A DNA stretch of 3,692 bases from a virus (Duplodnaviria; Heunggongvirae; Uroviricota; Caudoviricetes): IMG/VR virus record IMGVR_UViG_2671180417_000023; one strand, given 5' to 3'. Below the pieces are notes generated by a model that worked only from the letters and a program-made list of their open reading frames with translations, was not told the DNA's origin and made no database searches. Below are positions 1 through 3,692 of the stretch, one piece after another. Positions within the stretch are counted from its first letter, which is position 1; each line of letters begins with the position of its first letter. Both the position numbers and the translations under genes were made by a program.

Positions 1-1335
1 CGATGTGTTTACGGGAAAAAAATCGGCCCAGATCCGCGAAATTTTAATCAGCGAGTCAGCTTGGGAAGAAATGACCTGCTTATTCGCACCTTCCCTAACG
101 CTGGCGGCGGAAATATTACCGATCGTGGTGAAGGATTCAAACATGATAAGACATCACTCGCACGAGATGTAGCCACCGGCGTTCTGGCCCGTTCAATGGA
201 TGTGGATATTTATAACCTGCACCCAGCACACGCAAAACGCGTTGAAGAAATCGTGTCAGAGAATAAGCCGCCCTTTTCTGTTTTTCGCGACAAATTTATC
301 GCCATGCCCGGTGGGCTGGATTATTCCCGCGCCATTGTGGTGGCTTCCGTGAAAGAAGCACCAATCGGCATTGAGGCCATCCCGGCACGCGTGACTGAAT
401 ATCTCAACAAAGTGTTGACCGAAACCGATCACGCTAACCCGGATCCGGAAATCGTGGAAATTGCCTGCGGTCGCTCATCAGCACCGATGCCGCAGCGCGG
501 AACAGCAGAAGGAAAACATGGCGATGAAGAAAAGCAACAAACATCGGACACAATGGCTAATGAACAGGCAGCGCCTGAATCAGTGGAAGAAATTCCAGTT
601 AAACATAATGAGGACACGCAATCACTGGAAAATGTCTCATCTGTAGAAACGAAATACCAGGAACTGAGGGAGGAACTCAATAAAGCCAGGGAAAACATCC
701 CCCCAAAAAATCCAGTCGATGCCGACAAATTACTGGCTGCCTCGCGTGGAGAATTCGTTGAAGGCATCAGTAACCCTGCTGATCCGAAGTGGGTGAAGGG
801 GATCCAGACTCGCGACACTGAGGACCAGAATCAGCCCAAAGTGGAACAAATTGCCCCAGAAGCGGGACAAAACAGCCCGGATACGCAACAAAACGGGCCA
901 GAAGAGCAACAGCCAGGGCCAGTAATGCAACAGGAAGTGGAAAAGGTTTGCACCACATGCAGTCAGAACGGTGGCGGCCATTGCCCTGACTGTGGTCCAG
1001 TAATGGGAGATGAAACTTACGCTGAAACTTTTGGAGAAAATGACGCCGCTGATGGAGAAGACTCAGCACAAACTGAGGAGAAGATCATTCAGGAAAACTC
1101 TGTTGATGCCGCTCAGGAGGGCGAAACCGTTGTTCAGAACGAGCCAGGCAGTGATACGTCCGGCGATGACGCCAATTCTGAGCCAGTAACTCTCGACTGG
1201 AAAAGACAGCTCGTGATTGCCGCCGTCTATGGTTTGTGCGCCAACCCCGCATGTATAGCCACAGCGCCAGCAATCCCTGATATCGCCATCATGATTGCCA
1301 ACAGGCTTGAAAATTTCGAAGGTGATAAATCATGA
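1..1335 (+). CDS. Hypothetical phage early protein, 5'-partial (444 aa within window); acidic low-complexity central region with a CxxC-x7-CxxC motif and a hydrophobic C-terminal tail
   Basis: Frame 1 is open from position 1 (no stop in 1..60), so the true start lies upstream of the window; the TTG at 61 is only the first in-window start. 445 uninterrupted codons to TGA at 1333-1335. Same strand as the Red genes, and its stop overlaps the gam ATG (ATGA at 1332-1335). No family recognised by eye. Confidence 0.8.
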   Translation, partial: RCVYGKKIGPDPRNFNQRVSLGRNDLLIRTFPNAGGGNITDRGEGFKHDKTSLARDVATGVLARSMDVDIYNLHPAHAKRVEEIVSENKPPFSVFRDKFIAMPGGLDYSRAIVVASVKEAPIGIEAIPARVTEYLNKVLTETDHANPDPEIVEIACGRSSAPMPQRGTAEGKHGDEEKQQTSDTMANEQAAPESVEEIPVKHNEDTQSLENVSSVETKYQELREELNKARENIPPKNPVDADKLLAASRGEFVEGISNPADPKWVKGIQTRDTEDQNQPKVEQIAPEAGQNSPDTQQNGPEEQQPGPVMQQEVEKVCTTCSQNGGGHCPDCGPVMGDETYAETFGENDAADGEDSAQTEEKIIQENSVDAAQEGETVVQNEPGSDTSGDDANSEPVTLDWKRQLVIAAVYGLCANPACIATAPAIPDIAIMIANRLENFEGDKS

Positions 1336-1628
1336 ATGCCTGGCTTATCCCCGATCGCATTGAAGAGCAGTCATGGGCACGACACTACCAGCAAATTGCC
1401 CGTGAAGAAACTGAAGCTGAGCTGGCAGACGACCTGGAAAAAGGTCTGCCCCAACACCTGTTTGAATCGCTATGCATCGATAATCTGCAACGTCACGGGG
1501 CCAGCAAAAAAGCTATTTCCCGTGCATTTGATGACGATGTCGATTTTCAGGAACGCATGGCAGAACACATCCGCTACATGGCTGAAACCATCGCCCGTCA
1601 CCAAATTAATATTGATTCAGAGGTATAA
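1332..1628 (+). CDS. gam: Host-nuclease (RecBCD) inhibitor Gam, short 98-aa form
   Basis: Translation ([26 protein letters not shown]...LFESLCID...QRHGASKK...[10 protein letters not shown]...DSEV) matches phage lambda GamS along its length as I recall it, with scattered substitutions. AAGGTGA Shine-Dalgarno at 1319-1325, 6 nt before the ATG. An in-frame TAA at 1326-1328 rules out a longer N-terminal (GamL-like) form. Lies immediately upstream of bet, as in lambda. Confidence 0.9.
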   Translation: MNAWLIPDRIEEQSWARHYQQIAREETEAELADDLEKGLPQHLFESLCIDNLQRHGASKKAISRAFDDDVDFQERMAEHIRYMAETIARHQINIDSEV

Positions 1629-1633
1629 AACGG

Positions 1634-2419
1634 ATGAGTACAGCACTCGCAACGCTGGCAGGGAAGCTGGCTGAACGTGTCGGCATGGATTCTGTCGACC
1701 CACAGGAACTAATCACCACTCTTCGCCAGACGGCATTTAAAGGTGATGCCAGCGATGCGCAATTTATCGCATTGTTGATCGTCGCCAACCAGTACGGCCT
1801 TAATCCCTGGACGAAAGAAATTTACGCCTTCCCTGACAAGCAGAACGGCATCGTTCCGGTGGTTGGCGTTGATGGCTGGTCCCGCATTATCAATGAAAAC
1901 CAGCAGTTTGATGGCATGGACTTTGAGCAGGACAATGAGTCCTGTACATGCCGGATTTACCGCAAAGATCGCAATCACCCGATCTGCGTTACCGAGTGGA
2001 TGGATGAATGTCGCCGCGCACCATTCAAAACCCGCGAAGGCAGAGAAATCACCGGACCGTGGCAGTCGCATCCCAAACGGATGTTACGGCACAAAGCCAT
2101 GATTCAGTGTGCTCGCCTGGCCTTCGGATTTGCTGGCATCTATGACAAGGATGAAGCCGAGCGTATTGTCGGAAATACTGCATATACTACAGAACGTCAG
2201 CCGGAACGCGACATCACCCCGGTTAACGAAGAAACCATGTCGGAAATTAACGCCCTTCTTACTTCCATGGAAAAAACGTGGGATGACGACCTGTTGCCGC
2301 TCTGTTCCCAGATTTTTCGCCGCAACATTTACACATCTTCAGAACTAACACAGGCTGAAGCTGTGAAGGTTCTTGGATTCCTGAAACAGAAAGTCACAGA
2401 GCAGAAGGTAGCAGCATGA
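1634..2419 (+). CDS. bet: Red-beta single-strand annealing protein (Bet, RecT/Red-beta family)
   Basis: 261-aa translation ([66 protein letters not shown]...) is near-identical to lambda Bet as I recall it, with a few substitutions in the C-terminal third. GAGG at 1620-1623, 10 nt before the ATG. Stop TGA at 2417-2419 overlaps the exo ATG. Confidence 0.97.
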   Translation: MSTALATLAGKLAERVGMDSVDPQELITTLRQTAFKGDASDAQFIALLIVANQYGLNPWTKEIYAFPDKQNGIVPVVGVDGWSRIINENQQFDGMDFEQDNESCTCRIYRKDRNHPICVTEWMDECRRAPFKTREGREITGPWQSHPKRMLRHKAMIQCARLAFGFAGIYDKDEAERIVGNTAYTTERQPERDITPVNEETMSEINALLTSMEKTWDDDLLPLCSQIFRRNIYTSSELTQAEAVKVLGFLKQKVTEQKVAA

Positions 2420-3096
2420 CACCGGACATTATCCTGCAACGTACAGGGATCGACGTGAGAGCTGTCGAACAGGGGGATGATGCGTGGCACAAATTACGGC
2501 TCGGCGTCATCACCGCTTCAGAAGTTCACAACGTGATAGCAAAACCCCGCTCAGGAAAGAAATGGCCTGACATGAAAATGTCCTACTTCCACACCCTGCT
2601 GGCTGAGGTTTGCACCGGTGTGGCTCCGGAAGTTAACGCTAAAGCGCTGGCCTGGGGAAAACAGTACGAGAACGACGCCAGAGCCCTCTTTGAGTTCACT
2701 TCCGGCGTGAATGTTACTGAATCCCCGATCATCTATCGCGACGAAAGTATGCGCACCGCCTGCTCTCCCGATGGTTTATGCAGTGACGGCAACGGCCTTG
2801 AACTGAAATGCCCGTTTACCTCCCGGGATTTCATGAAATTCCGGCTCGGTGGTTTCGAGGCCATAAAGTCGGCTTACATGGCCCAGGTGCAGTACAGCAT
2901 GTGGGTGACGCGAAAAGATGCCTGGTACTTTGCCAACTATGACCCGCGTATGAAGCGTGAAGGCCTGCATTATGTCGTGGTCGAACGGGATGAAAAATAC
3001 ATGGAGGTTTTTGACGAAATGGTACCGGAGTTCATCGAAAAAATGGACGAGGCACTGGCTGAAATTGGTTTTGTATTTGGGGAGCAATGGCGATAG
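2416..3096 (+). CDS. exo: Lambda-type 5'-3' dsDNA exonuclease Red-alpha (Exo)
   Basis: 226-aa translation ([68 protein letters not shown]...GFVFGEQWR) is near-identical to lambda exonuclease as I recall it. AAGG at 2405-2408, 7 nt before the ATG. The ATGA overlap with the bet stop matches the lambda arrangement. Confidence 0.97.
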   Translation: MTPDIILQRTGIDVRAVEQGDDAWHKLRLGVITASEVHNVIAKPRSGKKWPDMKMSYFHTLLAEVCTGVAPEVNAKALAWGKQYENDARALFEFTSGVNVTESPIIYRDESMRTACSPDGLCSDGNGLELKCPFTSRDFMKFRLGGFEAIKSAYMAQVQYSMWVTRKDAWYFANYDPRMKREGLHYVVVERDEKYMEVFDEMVPEFIEKMDEALAEIGFVFGEQWR

Positions 3097-3144
3097 CCAG
3101 TAGCAACGAGGTGCAAATGATATGACAATTAAGGAATACTACCG

Positions 3145-3396
3145 GTGTTCGTTCTAATCCAGCGCGGGCAGTCTTTCGTCGATGCCAACAACTATCCGGT
3201 TGAAGTCTGCAAAATCACTCTGACGCAGGTAATCTTCCGAAGGCTGGATGGGAGAACCAGAGCCGCTTCAATTAGCGCATTTAATGCAGAATTTGAGCGA
3301 ATCGATCACAACGAACTACACATGATTAAAGCAGAAATTGAGAAGGAAAAGCATATTGCCAGCCTTCGCAAAATGCGCCGCACATCAATCAACTGA
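3145..3396 (+). CDS. Hypothetical small protein (83 aa), unknown function, with a basic helical-looking C-terminus
   Basis: ORF with a GTG start at 3145, preceded by AAGGA at 3131-3135 (9-nt spacer) and bounded upstream by an in-frame TAA at 3130-3132. Stop TGA at 3394-3396 is followed directly by an intrinsic terminator. Same strand as the operon. No family recognised; coding status is inferred from position and signals only. Confidence 0.55.
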   Translation: MFVLIQRGQSFVDANNYPVEVCKITLTQVIFRRLDGRTRAASISAFNAEFERIDHNELHMIKAEIEKEKHIASLRKMRRTSIN

Positions 3397-3398
3397 CA

Positions 3399-3418
3399 AC
3401 CGCCTTCGGGCGGTTTTT
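3399..3418 (+). terminator. Rho-independent terminator (GC stem, UUCG tetraloop, U-tract)
   Basis: Sequence aCCGCC-TTCG-GGCGG-TTTTT: a perfect 5-6 bp GC-rich stem around a TTCG loop, then a run of 5 T, starting 3 nt after the ORF83 stop codon. Confidence 0.8.
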
Positions 3419-3449
3419 CGATGATTAAACAATTCAACTGGAGAATAAA

Positions 3450-3692
3450 ATGAACGACATTACAAAAACAAATGAAATCTTGTTAACCAAAGATATTCTG
3501 GAACGATATAAAATTTCACGAAGCACTCTGTATTTCTGGAGTACTCCAGACAGAAAGCCAAAGTCCCTCAGCAAACCATTTCCTAAACCAACAATAAAGG
3601 GAAACCCCAATCGTTGGTGGCTTTCTGATATTCTGGAGTGGGAAAGAAATAATGCTCAGGTTAATGGCGCATCAACTAACCCTTCAAGATAA
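3450..3692 (+). CDS. AlpA/excisionase-family helix-turn-helix DNA-binding protein (putative Xis or prophage regulator)
   Basis: 80-aa ORF with GGAG at 3440-3443, 6 nt before the ATG, and TAA at 3690-3692. The motifs LTKDILERYKISRSTLYFW ... PFPKP ... NRWWLSDILEWERN match the characteristic AlpA/Xis pattern (RSTIYRLI...FPKP...RWxxSEVxEWL). Its position downstream of exo corresponds to the xis side of a lambdoid early-left operon. Confidence 0.7.
   Translation: MNDITKTNEILLTKDILERYKISRSTLYFWSTPDRKPKSLSKPFPKPTIKGNPNRWWLSDILEWERNNAQVNGASTNPSR

Noticed and set aside
461-646. + strand alternate-frame ORF (61 aa, very basic K/R/H-rich)
   Set aside because: It is a frame-shifted reading of the acidic-region codons (GAA/GAG read as AAG/AGA), an expected artefact, with no RBS evidence.
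429-1273. Four minus-strand ORFs (429..818, 730..981, 767..1069, 1085..1273; 62-129 aa) antisense to the large acidic ORF
   Set aside because: They lie entirely inside a long, continuous + strand reading frame and overlap each other. Antisense frames of GAA/GAG/CAG-rich acidic coding sequence are naturally stop-poor. They have no independent start signals or recognisable products.
1326-1331. Possibility of a long GamL-like N-terminal extension of gam
   Set aside because: An in-frame TAA at 1326-1328, two codons upstream of the gam ATG, means only the short 98-aa form can be made from this frame.
1336-1674. 112-aa ORF overlapping gam in a different frame
   Set aside because: It overlaps the well-supported gam frame throughout. 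Its product is unrecognisable and its ATG lies inside the gam start region without its own Shine-Dalgarno.
1606-2348. ORFs embedded in bet (1606..1788 -, 1709..2071 -, 1863..2102 +, 2109..2348 +)
   Set aside because: All lie within the near-lambda bet coding sequence in alternate or antisense frames; the bet frame explains the region fully.
2776-3087. 103-aa minus-strand ORF inside exo
   Set aside because: Antisense to the well-supported exo frame, with no supporting signals.
3097-3144. Possible promoter in the exo-ORF83 spacer (TGACAA-like hexamer near 3123-3128)
   Set aside because: There is no convincing -10 element at appropriate spacing and the spacer is only 48 nt; more likely it just carries the ORF83 ribosome-binding site.
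1-3692. CRISPR arrays, tRNA/rRNA genes, IS elements or long direct/inverted repeats
   Set aside because: No repeat-spacer periodicity, no tRNA-like cloverleaf candidates and no terminal inverted repeats were seen. The window is almost entirely occupied by same-strand protein-coding sequence.

Overview
This window is a compact, + strand early-operon segment of a lambdoid phage or prophage. It holds a 5'-truncated large acidic ORF (1..1335), then the lambda Red recombination module gam (1332..1628), bet (1634..2419) and exo (2416..3096), then a small unknown ORF (3145..3396), a strong intrinsic terminator (3399..3418) and an AlpA/excisionase-like HTH protein (3450..3692). Bet and Exo are recognisable by eye as essentially lambda Red-beta and Red-alpha; the flanking genes are not lambda-like, so the region is mosaic. 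The best candidates for something undescribed are the large acidic protein with a zinc-knuckle motif that sits in the slot where lambda has kil/cIII, and the 83-aa ORF just downstream of exo. All homology statements rest on recalled sequences and motifs, not on a database search, and need confirmation by alignment.
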